DNA from: Laetmonice hystrix
Taxonomy: Eukaryota
Length of the DNA stretch: 64,000 bases
Assembly (NCBI GenBank): GCA_965235115.1
Contig: OZ249440.1
Span: 18,972,001-19,036,000, forward strand
Reading direction: 5' to 3'
Part shown: positions 1 to 10,373 of the stretch, one piece after another
Layout of the letters: each line of letters starts with the position of its first letter
Numbering within the stretch: the first letter of the stretch is position 1
Notes under the pieces: generated by a model
What the model saw: only the letters and a program-made list of their open reading frames with translations
What the model was told of the DNA's origin: nothing
The model's database searches: none
Position numbers and translations under genes: made by a program

Positions 1-98
1 CACACCCCGTCCCGGTCTCTCTTTTATTATTTTATTTTCTATATTTTTACCTTTTGGCGATTAACACGTATTCACGTTCCATGTGTTTTTTGATGCAG

Positions 99-242
99 TT
101 TGGGGGTTTTCGGAGGGACCACCACCCAACAAGTGCAGTGATGGATATCCTCATCACGAAAATGCCGCCGCTCAACTTGGCCCTTCGCCGTACAGACTGT
201 TCGTCAACCAGACAGGCTACTCGCTCTCAGAAACCATAGAAA
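99..242 (+). CDS. FRRS1-like exon, Reeler N-terminal part
   Basis: gcag|TT TGG GGG TTT; WGFSEGPPPNKCSDGYPHHENAAAQLGPSPYRLFVNQTGYSLSETIE; donor A|gtacgt. Confidence 0.85.
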
Positions 243-3200
243 GTACGTAAAAAGGTGTTTGTGCTGCACGACTGCATGTGTGCATGGGGTGGATCCAAAT
301 ATATACATGTAGGTCTATGCTGCCAATTATGCTATAGGGCGCCAAATGAACATGCTTATCTTTTGGCAGAGATAGGCCTACCCATTACCCTTTTATCGTT
401 GATAGTTCGGCTGACGTCGACTTTCAACACACCGTTTCGTGGAGTGATTGGTCGTGCTATCAGCAGTGGTCAGGGGCCAGCCCAACTCGTTGGTCAGTTT
501 CTCTCCTCCCCCAATGGAACCACACTCCTGAGTTGGTATCCACGTGTCAAAGGGTCAAAGGTAACTATTAAAGGCCCACTCTATACTTTGAACGCCGTGT
601 TGGCCCGGGCTGTTGTGTATACCTGCGCACAGAACATAGTTACCCACATCAATTCCCGAAAAATGAATTATATGCGCAGCTACAACTAGGCCACATAGTA
701 AATAATATTACTTGCTTTATTTCAAACAGCTAAATCATATTTTTGTGGGATATCAATAGGTTCTTATAGGTGAGCGGAGTAGGTTATGAAACCAACTTGG
801 GCCGGATATCATTGGGGCGCCACTATATTTAATTCGACAAGTATACACTGGGCCTTTAAAGGTGCTATTCGTCTCGCACAGAATGACATTTCTCCTATCA
901 TACATTGTGCACATAGTACTAGAAAAAATTCCTACCGATACCATTGGCCTGATAAACCTTCTATTAGTTTGTGTGCAGCATTTGAAACCTATCTCGGTGC
1001 GCACCGAGATAGAGCCATTTCCTATGGTGGGGCGTGTCAGGGTCTCCACAGGCCTTCTCAGAGAGCCCCATTTGTGCCGTTATCCATGAAAATTTTTGAT
1101 TTCCTTTGTTGTGAATCTATTTCCATGATAGGTGGGATCACATAAACGTCAGCAAAATAAAAAATAAAAAAAATGAACTTTTTTCACGAATAGCACCTTT
1201 AAGAAAAGAAATACGCTGGAGGTCAATTATAAAGTCTTAGACTACATTTTCAGTTAAATAAATGATCGTTTTTGAGATAATTGAGGTGACTGCTATCTTG
1301 AAAATATACCAACTAATTATGTTTTACTAGACAATATCAGAATCGTCATTGTCACTGGTAGGCCTACTGTTCAATGGGAGTATGTTACCCTTCAGAACTG
1401 TGTATTCCACACTGACGCGAGACTGAAGCAGGAAGTGGTGCTTTTGTGGCAAGCTCCTGCCACAAATGAGGGCGACATTATAATCAGGTGAGCATGGGGG
1501 GGGTGCCTTAGCGTGATAAACCATGGATATCATAGAGAAACTTTTCTCATCGTTAGAGCTGTCCCACAGCACGTTTAGACATGTCAGTGTCAACCGGCAA
1601 TATGTTAAACCAAAGGAATAATTCAATAAGTAAGCGAGTGGTTTAGCACTAAAAACAATGTTGAATGACTTGGACAACGCCGCTATAGGCTTGTAACCCC
1701 CGCCGCAGACGAAGAACATTTGTCCGCGAACATTTGTTGACGAACAAAGATCCGCTCATGTGCGGTGATCAAAACGCCAAACAATAGTTCGCGAACATTA
1801 TTGTTCGTCAGTATTCGACATGTTTATTTCCGAACAAATGTTCGTCGTCGGAGGTCAACCACGAATTTGTGTATCTGAACAAATGTTTCTGCACAAATGG
1901 CTTGGCAGCAGTGGAAGAATTACGAAAGTATCTGGCAGAAAGAGATGTGCCATGCAACAAGAGGACAAAAAGGGGAACTTGTTTCACTGGCAACCGAGGC
2001 AGAGTATAATCGGAAAGACCCATCAACTTCTCTGAGCGAATCCGCGTAGTGATCTGGCTGGCTTAATTGCTACATAACTCAAGAGAAACTAGTCCTGAGT
2101 ATTTGATGCCTCTGGAGCACATATATGTATACACCTGACTTGTGATCCGAGGGCATAACTCAAGAGATCATATGGCACTGAGCAATTGATGCCCTGTGGG
2201 TACCTTTTACCATGAAATGTATCGTCAGGGCATAACTCAGGAAAGCATAGTGTATGTATTTTATGCCTGTAGGACACCATCACAACTGATGACCTTTGGG
2301 CATGATGTTATGCCCAAAGGGCGTTATAAATGGTGCCCTCTGGGCAGAACCTCTATGGGCACTACTGAGATCATCAGTTCTGAGTACTTGATGTCCCATA
2401 TGGCACCAAAAGAAATGGAGGGCATATACTAGTAAACCCTAAACCGCGAGATAGAGTATTCGATGCCCTCTGTGCACAAGTAGGGCCTGCCATGGATGGT
2501 AACCTCAGGGCATAACTAAGAAATGCATGTATATAACCCTATATATTAAATGCCTTCAGGGCACCATTATGGCATGGTGACTTCTGGGAAGGATATTGGT
2601 GCCTGAAGAGCATGACAAGGGGACCAACTTGCCTCGGCGGCGACAAGCAAATGTTCGTCTTCTGCGCCGGGCTATGAATACCTTATGCTTGAATAAATTA
2701 AATTTGATAAAAAAAAGTAACATTTACTGCACTCTAAAAACAGATTGGTTGAATCAACCAATATTGGTTGAAATGTGTCTAACCAGTCCAATTGGTTGGA
2801 CACATTTCAACCAATATTGGTTGATTAAACCAATATCTTGGTTAATTTCAACCAATCTGTTTTTAGAGTGTGGCGCTAGCGGCAGCTAATAATACCTTGT
2901 TATAACGAGCAACTACTGACCATTAGTAGTCCAATCGTATATTGTGACCTTCTCCAGGTTTGATGTCGCTTTTGACTTTGGGACCTTTTGGTTGAACCAC
3001 GAAGTATTTTTGAAATCGGCAGAAGGGTCGAAAACCAGCAATGACCAAAAAGAGCCCAAGGTAAGTGTGGTATGGTATTGTCACTATTATCAATTCAGGG
3101 GAAGGGCTATGCCTTAATTGTATACAGGTATCAATTTCATAGAAGAAACAATCCTTGATCAGTTTGTCAGTCAGTCCGTTTCAATTTGTCTAAACATGTT

Positions 3201-6200
3201 AACTGTAACTAAACTTTCGTCAGACCATAGAGCTATACTGATTGCAACCTTTGCATGGCTGGACGATACAGGTATCAAGTAGCGGGCCCATCACCCTGCA
3301 GTGGTCCGAGTGTGGCACGTCGTTGGCCTGTGTCCGGTACCCAGTCGCCTGCTCAGGTACCGACTGTGTGTACGGAGCTACATTCCGACCTGTGAACGGC
3401 GCCCAAGAGGTGGAGGTGACGATTCAAGGAGGATCGGAACCTTACGTGGCTCTGGGTTTCTCAAGGGATCACGTGATGGTAAGGGGAGTTGAACCATCTT
3501 TGGAACGATAAAGAATAATGTGCTAAAAGAGAGAAAAGCACATGTTGTAAGATGAAAAGAAATTATTACTCCTGCACCAGTTATGACACCAATATGACTG
3601 TATACCAATTATTATTAGGGCGAAGACATCTTTGTGGGTTGTACGGAGCACCGGGGCCGGTCACAGGTGGCGCACGGACTCATGCCAGAGTACTATGTAT
3701 TCCCACACAAACTAGTGAGTGTTTACGAGCTATCATCACTTTATTCTATTCGGCAATTACTTCACTTTGTCTTGAACCGGAGGGATCGAGAACATCTTTT
3801 CAAGTTGAGATACCCTATACAGATAGTTGTCCTGAATATCCTCTTGCGACTGGTAAGTAACCAACTGGATTTTGAGAATGGGTCTCATGGGGCCTAACGT
3901 TACCAGTACAAATTGTGTCGATTCTGTTTCCTTGGTGAGATTAACCATCGGTTTCCGAGTAACCTCCTGTTCGTTTTTACCCAGATTGGGTTCAGAAACA
4001 TGACCATTCGTCGGGAGGATGGGCGGATTTCGTGCCGCTTCACCAGGCCAGCTGTTATCCCCGGCGATTTGGGCTATTTCCGTGGAGAAATAGATCTAAC
4101 ACAACCCTACTACATCTTCCTGGCCATTGGAGAGGTATATCCCGGTAAGTAACAACGGGTTAGGATGGTAGATTATATAGATCCTCACAGACCAGCCGTG
4201 TGGAAACCGTCCAGGTCTCGGAGCTCGGCAGCCGAGACTTAGAACTGTCATTGTTGTCTTCTGCTATAACTTGCGTTTCTCACACTATAAATAATTACTG
4301 TAACCTACGCTGCACCATCTCGTCACCTATAAATGAACTTTATGACCGAGACAATGTCAGAACATTGCAAGGTTGGATGACTTTACCTGACGGCTTCCCA
4401 CCGGTCTCCATACACTCCGTAATTTGATCCAAAGACTACCCGGCTCCATACATTGAGTGGATGCTTTAGGTCAGGACCCCGTGAAAAACGTATTAGGGGG
4501 CTATCCCCCTGACCCCTATACCCCACATTGGGCAGACAGTGAATAACTATCTATCAAAGTGACTTAATTACTTCCTCTCTCCGTAACGAAAATCTAAAAT
4601 GTTTTCTACCCCCATGCACAGGATCGCTCGACTGGCAGAAACACCACATACTTCCCTTAATAGCCTCTGCCAAAATGAATATTTTTGAGGTTGGATCCAC
4701 TGTATACGTTGGTTCGTCACGAATCGAGATAAAAGTTCACGGTAGGTTCTCTCTGATGGCTGCGACCCAAAGATGTGATTTATGGGCCGACTCGAGACCT
4801 GCTGCGCACCCAAGAAACCAACATGTTACGACCCCTAATGCGTAACAGAGAGAGTTAACTTTAACTATATAGGTCAACCATGCAATACTGGTTTAAAGAA
4901 CAATCTTGTCACGTCGACCAGAATCCGCCCCTGTGGTCTATAAGATATTCGCTATCAATAGCCATTTCCTCGCTGTAAGTTCGTACCATGCCCCTGTTAA
5001 TTTACCATTACAATATCGCTCCACGCCAAGGTTGACCAACATTTTTCTGACGTTTCGTTGCCAGGGGTTCTGTTTGTCATCGCCTGGTTGATCCTGGCCG
5101 GGATAGGCCTGATGATTGGGCGACACTATAAGGATACATTAACCTGGAAACCTTCACAGTCGTCCGCTATGCTCTGGTTCCAGGTGGCAATCTTGTATAT
5201 ACTATATATAGGCCTCCAATTATAACGTTTCGATCATCTTTTCCTTCCTTTCTCCTATCCCTTCCCCCATATTTTCCATTCGACTTTTCACTTCTTGTTC
5301 TTGTTCCTCTATTCCTAACTGATCCGCCGTCTAATCCGGGTCAAGTAACCTTCGGGTGTCTCTCGTTCAGGTTCACCGAGTTCTTGCTCTGCTGGCTGTC
5401 CTCTGCAGCCTCGTTGCCTTCATTATAATCTTCGCCTACGTCAGAGCCTGGACGCTGGTAGGTACTGTGTATAATAAACGCCCAAATACCCAAATCCAGA
5501 TTCTGGAGCAAACATTATTTCTCTTAAATTACATCTGCTCGTCTGTTTTGTACCCCAACCCTGAGTATACCCCCGGGGCGCCCAGGTAATTATGTTACGT
5601 TCAGGTAAAGATACTAGGGAGTACTTTTTCATACAAAACACCTGCCGAAAAATGGCTTACGAACAAAATAGGGATACTTTTTGCCTCCATTGCATGAAAA
5701 ATGTCCCCAACGGAGATTTCGAGACGTTTTCCGCACGTAAAGAACGACAAAATGTCTCAAAGATTTCTGTTTGGGACATTTTTCACGTTTGAGATATTTT
5801 TCGTTACATAACTCTGTCTTGAGTTGCTGCTACTGTTTCAGGTTGCCGAGAACCATGCCATTGTTGGTATCGTTACCATGGTACTACTGTTGGTACAGAC
5901 GTTGATGGGGCTCTGTCGGCCGGGTCTTGACCATCCGTACAGATACTTGTTTAAACTGTTCCACTTCAATATTGGCATGGCTGCCTTCATACTGGCCGGT
6001 AGGTTCGGGAAGGATTCAGTCAATGTGTGAACGGGTCGTGAATGAGTGCAACAATTCCTGGCCTCCGATATTGATGATGAGACCGATCGTAGGATGGCTA
6101 ACCTTGTAAGATCTAGTACTTGTAAGATTAGACATGTGCAGATGAGGCCAGCGAGCGGGTAACCGTAACGTCCTCACCCACCCACTCCCTCCCAACCCTT

Positions 6201-6925
6201 CCCGCCCCAAGTGCATGAGTAATGGGCCTGGTTCCTAAAATCTTAGGATCTTACTTAAGTTTAGGCTTAACGCTTCTGATTGGCTAGTCTAAGCAGACCA
6301 GCCAATCAGAAGCGTTAAGCCTGGTGATTCACGGTACGTGAAAACAAGCTTCCAGATTGAAAGGTCAATGAAGGGACCTATTGCTTCTAAGGTCCCCACG
6401 GGAGCGCATTATTACCCAAACAGATGTAGAGGTTTCTCCATGACAAAATACATGTATACATGCTGTTCTATATTGATTCCTTCCAGTCGCTACAATCCTC
6501 CTGGGATTCTCCGTGGACATTATCCCGGCCACAGAGCGGAGGAAATGTTTCATTTTGACCTTATGCTGCTTCGGTATATATGTCTTATGGTATGCCGTCA
6601 TGCTGGCCGTAGGTCGGGAAACCGTCCCTGAGGAAGGTAGGTCTATATGTTTACTTTTCATGGTGATTCTATACTGAAACCCCCTCAACCTCTGTGAATA
6701 CCTCCAAGATATGGTCCCAGATTTTGAGTTCAGATGTACGCTCTGTTTGTTCCAGGAGAAATGATTCAGATGAATTCCGACGAAAAGCGACCGACAGAAA
6801 AAGAAAGCGCCTCAGTCGACGACCGGGCGCGACCGGCCAAAGTTGGAATGGTTGTCCTGTGTATCGGTGTGGTCATTGTGCTGGCGTTGTCTATTGCCAT
6901 CATCGCCATTCTAATTGTCTCCTAA
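99..6925 (+). CDS. FRRS1: Ferric-chelate reductase 1-like (Reeler + DOMON + cytochrome b561), 13 exons in window, 5'-partial
   Basis: Phase-consistent GT-AG exons 99-242, 406-560, 1396-1487, 2958-3060, 3272-3478, 3619-3714, 3985-4144, 4622-4741, 5065-5183, 5371-5457, 5842-5998, 6487-6636, 6756-6925. Reeler motifs (GFSEGPPPNKC, PFRGVIGRA, LWQAP, TFW), DOMON motifs (YVALGFSRDHVMGED, ISCRFTR), and four b561 His motifs (KVHG, QVHR, NHAIVG, FHFNIG). Signal-peptide exon lies upstream of the window. Confidence 0.92.
406..560 (+). CDS. FRRS1-like exon, Reeler
   Basis: gatag|TT CGG; IRLTSTFNTPFRGVIGRA...PNGTTLLSWYPRVKGSK; donor gtaact (phase 0 matches next exon). Confidence 0.75.
1396..1487 (+). CDS. 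FRRS1-like exon, Reeler
   Basis: ttcag|NCVFHTDARLKQEVVLLWQAPATNEGDIII|gtgagc. Confidence 0.88.
1697..1854. mobile_element. Degenerate MITE-like foldback remnant
   Basis: Repeated GAACATTTG motifs on the left and CAAATGTTC on the right give imperfect terminal inverted repeats; no TSD resolved. Confidence 0.4.
2081..2600. repeat. Degenerate array of ~70-85 bp palindromic units
   Basis: Alternating (G/C)AGGGCATAACTC and GAGTA(T)TTGATGCC(C)T motifs, about 6 units, variable sequence between them. Confidence 0.55.
2730..2870. mobile_element. 141-bp palindromic MITE, CACTA/EnSpm-type ends
   Basis: TIR CACTCTAAAAACAGATTGGTTGAA ... TTCAACCAATCTGTTTTTAGAGTG; 2-bp TSD TG at 2728-2729 and 2871-2872. 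Confidence 0.8.
2958..3060 (+). CDS. FRRS1-like exon, end of Reeler
   Basis: tccag|(R)FDVAFDFGTFWLNHEVFLKSAEGSKTSNDQKEPK|gtaagt. Confidence 0.88.
3272..3478 (+). CDS. FRRS1-like exon, DOMON start
   Basis: tacag|VSSSGPITLQWSECGTSLACVRYP...YVALGFSRDHVM|gtaagg. Confidence 0.85.
3619..3714 (+). CDS. FRRS1-like exon, DOMON
   Basis: attag|GEDIFVGCTEHRGRSQVAHGLMPEYYVFPHKL|gtgagt. Confidence 0.88.
3985..4144 (+). CDS. FRRS1-like exon, DOMON
   Basis: cccag|IGFRNMTIRREDGRISCRFTRP...YYIFLAIGEVYP|gtaagt. Confidence 0.9.
4622..4741 (+). CDS. FRRS1-like exon, DOMON end / b561 start
   Basis: cacag|GSLDWQKHHILPLIASAK...RIEIKVH|gtaggt. Confidence 0.88.
5065..5183 (+). CDS. FRRS1-like exon, b561 TM1
   Basis: gccag|GVLFVIAWLILAGIGLMIGRHYK...MLWFQ|gtggca. 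Confidence 0.85.
5371..5457 (+). CDS. FRRS1-like exon, b561 TM2
   Basis: ttcag|VHRVLALLAVLCSLVAFIIIFAYVRAWTL|gtaggt. Confidence 0.9.
5842..5998 (+). CDS. FRRS1-like exon, b561 TM3-4
   Basis: ttcag|VAENHAIVGIVTM...CRPGLDHPYRYLFKLFHFNIGMAAFILA|gtaggt. Confidence 0.92.
6263..6322. repeat. Perfect 23-bp inverted repeat (hairpin) in FRRS1-like intron
   Basis: AGGCTTAACGCTTCTGATTGGCT (6263-6285) and AGCCAATCAGAAGCGTTAAGCCT (6300-6322). Confidence 0.85.
6487..6636 (+). CDS. FRRS1-like exon, b561 TM5
   Basis: tccag|VATILLGFSVDIIP...YVLWYAVMLAVGRETVPEE|gtaggt. Confidence 0.85.
6756..6925 (+). CDS. FRRS1-like last coding exon, C-terminal TM
   Basis: tccag|GEMIQMNSDEK...VGMVVLCIGVVIVLALSIAIIAILIVS*. 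Confidence 0.88.
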
Positions 6926-7778
6926 TACCCGAATCTTCACCGACTGGTCGGGACCAATGTCCCGCCCCGAGAAAAGGGTGACGTCGGCGTGAAAAAAACC
7001 ATTGCTTCCAAGACTATTCACCTAAACATCGACGAGGACCTTATCATTGCTGAACCATAACACATTATTGACCAAATAAGGTACACTACAGTATGTGCGT
7101 GGAAGGTAGGACAGAACTCACTGTCAATATCAAATATTAACTTTATGCCTAAATTTATCTCCGCAGACAGCTGGTTCATGTTACTGCGTTCTGTCACAAT
7201 ATACCTCATGACGACAAAAAACTTCTACTTGAACGTTTCCAGTGGGTGGCTGATGTAGAAATATATCGACCTGTCTGCTGTTTAATCAGCCCCCAAATAT
7301 CAATGTATTAACCCCTGGTCGGGACCAGTACCTATAACTTTAATTTTTTCGTTGTCACAGCTTGGATAAAACACCTGCACAGTCACAAATATCAGAATAT
7401 ATAGTATACAGATTTAATAGTTGGTATTTGTTAACCAAATTTTGGTGTTTGTTGACAGAGGTGCAGTGAGGGCCAGGTGTTCAATCTCCCCACCTTCCGT
7501 CAATCCATTTCTAGTGTCATCAATTACCTCAGTCCATTTCTAGTGTCAATTACCTGAGTCCTAATAATAAATATATGAAAACAATTACCAGTCGTTGGCT
7601 TGTCTTTATAACTAATCGTTCCCACCAGTGCTTCAATAACCTACAACTGCCGGTAGATTTGTCTCGTTTCTCGAGCTCAGAGGTCGGTTATAGAAGCCTG
7701 AAGAAGTGGTTTGTGCTGTTAACCACACAGTATCGATCATACGGGCCCAACTCATTGATTCATGTATACAGGTCCTCA

Positions 7779-7785
7779 TATATAG
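7779..7785 (+). promoter_or_regulatory. Candidate TATA box of the secreted-protein gene
   Basis: TATATAG about 60 bp upstream of ATG 7842. Confidence 0.5.
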
Positions 7786-7841
7786 GCCTACACCGAGGTA
7801 TCTTCCTGGCCGACAAGACAACCAGACGATATTGACAAGTC

Positions 7842-10051
7842 ATGGGGTGAGTATATACGCTTGCAATAACTCCGTATGTTCTCTATGAGAACATCTCAAT
7901 GACGCAGTAAGGTGAGGACTGTTTGAATTCGCCATGCCTCGGCAACTGCTGGGGGTGGGGTGGGGTGGGGTGGGGTGGGGTGGGGTGGGGTGGGGGCGTT
8001 GGCTGGGAGCTTGGAGATGGGGGACATTTAGTGGTTAGAGGGATTGGATATAGTTCTCCACCAGCAAAACCACGTGAGAAAGTGAAAGAATACATCTCAT
8101 CTCATGTTGATTGTAATGTTTCCACCGACTGTCCAATGAAAGAGAACTATGCAACGTTTCCTCTCTTATGGAAACTGGTCAACTTTGGGTCAAACTGCCA
8201 TACGGACAGTCGCCCGTGTCAGGACAATGCCAATAATTATATTCTTATTTTCACAGGGGTTTGTTCATCATCCTCGGCTTCCTCTGCTTCCAGTCGACCT
8301 CAGGTCAGACTGTGACTGAACTTAAAGCTCAAGTTGAAGAACTGAGCCGACAGGTCATGATGCAGCAGACGTACAGAGAGGAGGAGACTCGGACTGGAGG
8401 TCACTCTGGAGTAAAACAGAAACGTGTGTGGGAGGACGGAACACGGCCGTACCACTCGTCGTCCCACGTGGGCCGTAACGTGGCCGCCATCCACGACCAC
8501 GCTAACAACGTGCGCACCGTCGGCATGGGAGAATTCGCCGCCGTCCTCAACGGGGTCGAGTTTAGGACCCGTCACAACGACTTCCGCCTCAGCATGCCCA
8601 GTCACAACAGCACCGAGTATCACAGCACTGAAGAAATCCCGTTTCCGGAGGTACCGAAGGCAGTCACAGATAAACCAACAACTGCGGAACAAATCAAGGA
8701 AATGCGAGAGTGGTTCCGGGCATGGCAGAAACAGGATTTCTCGGTGCGTGACTACAGGGAGTATTTCAAGCCAGTGCTTTGCTACCTGGAAGGTGCCTGG
8801 ACGACAGCCGCTGCAAATGGAAAGATTGACGAGCCTTTCGTCAGCGACCGTCACCTGTTAGACGCATTCTCTTGGAATGAACTAGAACAGAAAATCCGGT
8901 TTACCTCCTACACAGGCACAAAGGATCGTTTCGAAAACTATGCGTATCTTCCAAGGACCATCATTGACATCAAGGACGGCAAACCCGTCTTTGCTCAATG
9001 GAACTACCGCATTATGTGCCACCCGCTCAAAAATGACCTTCCGCTGAACCGCTTCAGAGTCGTTGACGACCTGACGTCACGTCTCGCCTTCAAAAACACG
9101 ATGGCCAAGCACGCGGAGACGCGCGCTGCCCGCTTCCAGCTGAATCCGTACAACAAAGCCACCTGGGTCGAGGGTCACAGCGTGCGGGGCTTTCTGGATG
9201 ACCTCATGGGAGAAGTGCCGGGCAAGAATAACTACCAAGCAAACCTAAATGATGAGATGTTCAATATCACTGCACTTCAGTTCAACAAAACGACTCCGTT
9301 AAACGCTGGCTTCTACCACAGAAACTACAAGGTGGATCAGCGCGGGGCAATGGGGTCGAAACTCAGGAGGCGAAGTTTTTCTGACGATACCGTCTTCATG
9401 GCCAAAACAAGTCAAACAAAAGTGGCTCCATCTAGACTAGAAACCTGTAATTACAAACTTGGCAAACTGGAATGTAAATCGGAGTTTGAGCGTTGGAGCT
9501 ACGCTGTACCTCTTGAGATCATATACCTGACACCTCTACCAAACTGGAATCCGTATAATATTCAATACAAGGGCGATGAAAACACGTCACTAGGCCGCAC
9601 CGTCTATGACAACGGTCGGACCGGCGACGACGACCCCAACAAAGCCTATAACGGTACGAACAGTAAGTACTTCTACCAAACACCAGCCGAATTCTTCATT
9701 GGAGACATCGCCCAAGTGGACGCTGCAGACACCGACAAAGGAGTCTATCTCTACGTCAAGGATAGGCAAGGAAAGGTCAGGAAGGTCGTGGCTTCTGGCC
9801 ACAGAGTCTTCCTGCCTCCCGTCATCGAAGCGGAAAAGCCCATCCGCCAGAGGTATCCCATCATGCCCATTCATGGCGAGGGAAGTGGCTCTTGGAAGGA
9901 GTTGGAGGCACTAAAGGACATCGTCCTAGAACCGGCTAAATATAAACACATGTACCGGCAACCTATCTCCACTGGTGGGTCGGCTTCACCAGAGACAGGC
10001 GGAGAGACTTCCGGCGAGGAGAACTACGTTTATGATGACACCGCGTACTAA
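7842..10051 (+). CDS. Uncharacterised secreted protein, ~599 aa, two coding exons (7842-7846 joined to 8257-10051)
   Basis: ATG GG|gtgagt ... ttttcacag|G GGT TTG gives MGGLFIILGFLCFQSTSG (signal peptide), a short predicted coiled coil (TVTELKAQVEELSRQ), then a stop-free globular region with IHDH, RTRHNDF, YLEGAW and RWSYAVPLEIIYLTPL motifs, 4 mature Cys and several N-x-S/T sites. The 1795-bp exon has coding-like base composition. Confidence 0.88.
7955..7995. repeat. (GGGGT)n microsatellite in intron
   Basis: Direct reading of sequence. Confidence 0.9.
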
Positions 10052-10356
10052 TAAACTATCAAATCCTAACGGTAACCCGGCTAAGAAACGTCTGCGGACT
10101 ATACAACACTACGCAGACAAAACGCCGATTCGATACGACAGGAAGGTTGCGGAAACGAAAGCACTTTTCGATAGCCCTTCACTTCTTGCTCTAAAAATTA
10201 CGACTACTACTGCTGAATATAATGCCCTAAATGTATACATTCATTTAAAAGCGCTTATAATATTTTATCTCCATGTATTGCTGTTTTTACCTTTTCATTT
10301 CTAAATTTAAATACATGTATATATTAACAAATCACTATCTGTATGCTATCTTCATT

Positions 10357-10373
10357 AATAAAGACGAAATAAA
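10357..10373 (+). terminator. Tandem AATAAA polyadenylation signals of the secreted-protein gene
   Basis: AATAAA at 10357-10362 and 10368-10373, about 300 bp after the stop. Confidence 0.65.

Noticed and set aside
2081-2600. CRISPR-like repeat-spacer array
   Set aside because: Spliceosomal eukaryotic context, repeats too divergent and bipartite, no cas genes
4938-5126. Minus-strand ORF with WYEL/RKW motif
   Set aside because: Antisense to a well-supported FRRS1 exon and intron; chance
8300-9914. Overlapping ORFs 8300-8854(-), 8424-8861(+), 9590-9874(-), 9606-9914(+)
   Set aside because: Shadow frames of the GC-rich 596-codon exon
8257-10051. Recent HGT inferred from GC content
   Set aside because: Ferlin and FRRS1 exons look similarly GC-rich relative to introns, so composition is host-like; only phylogeny can test transfer
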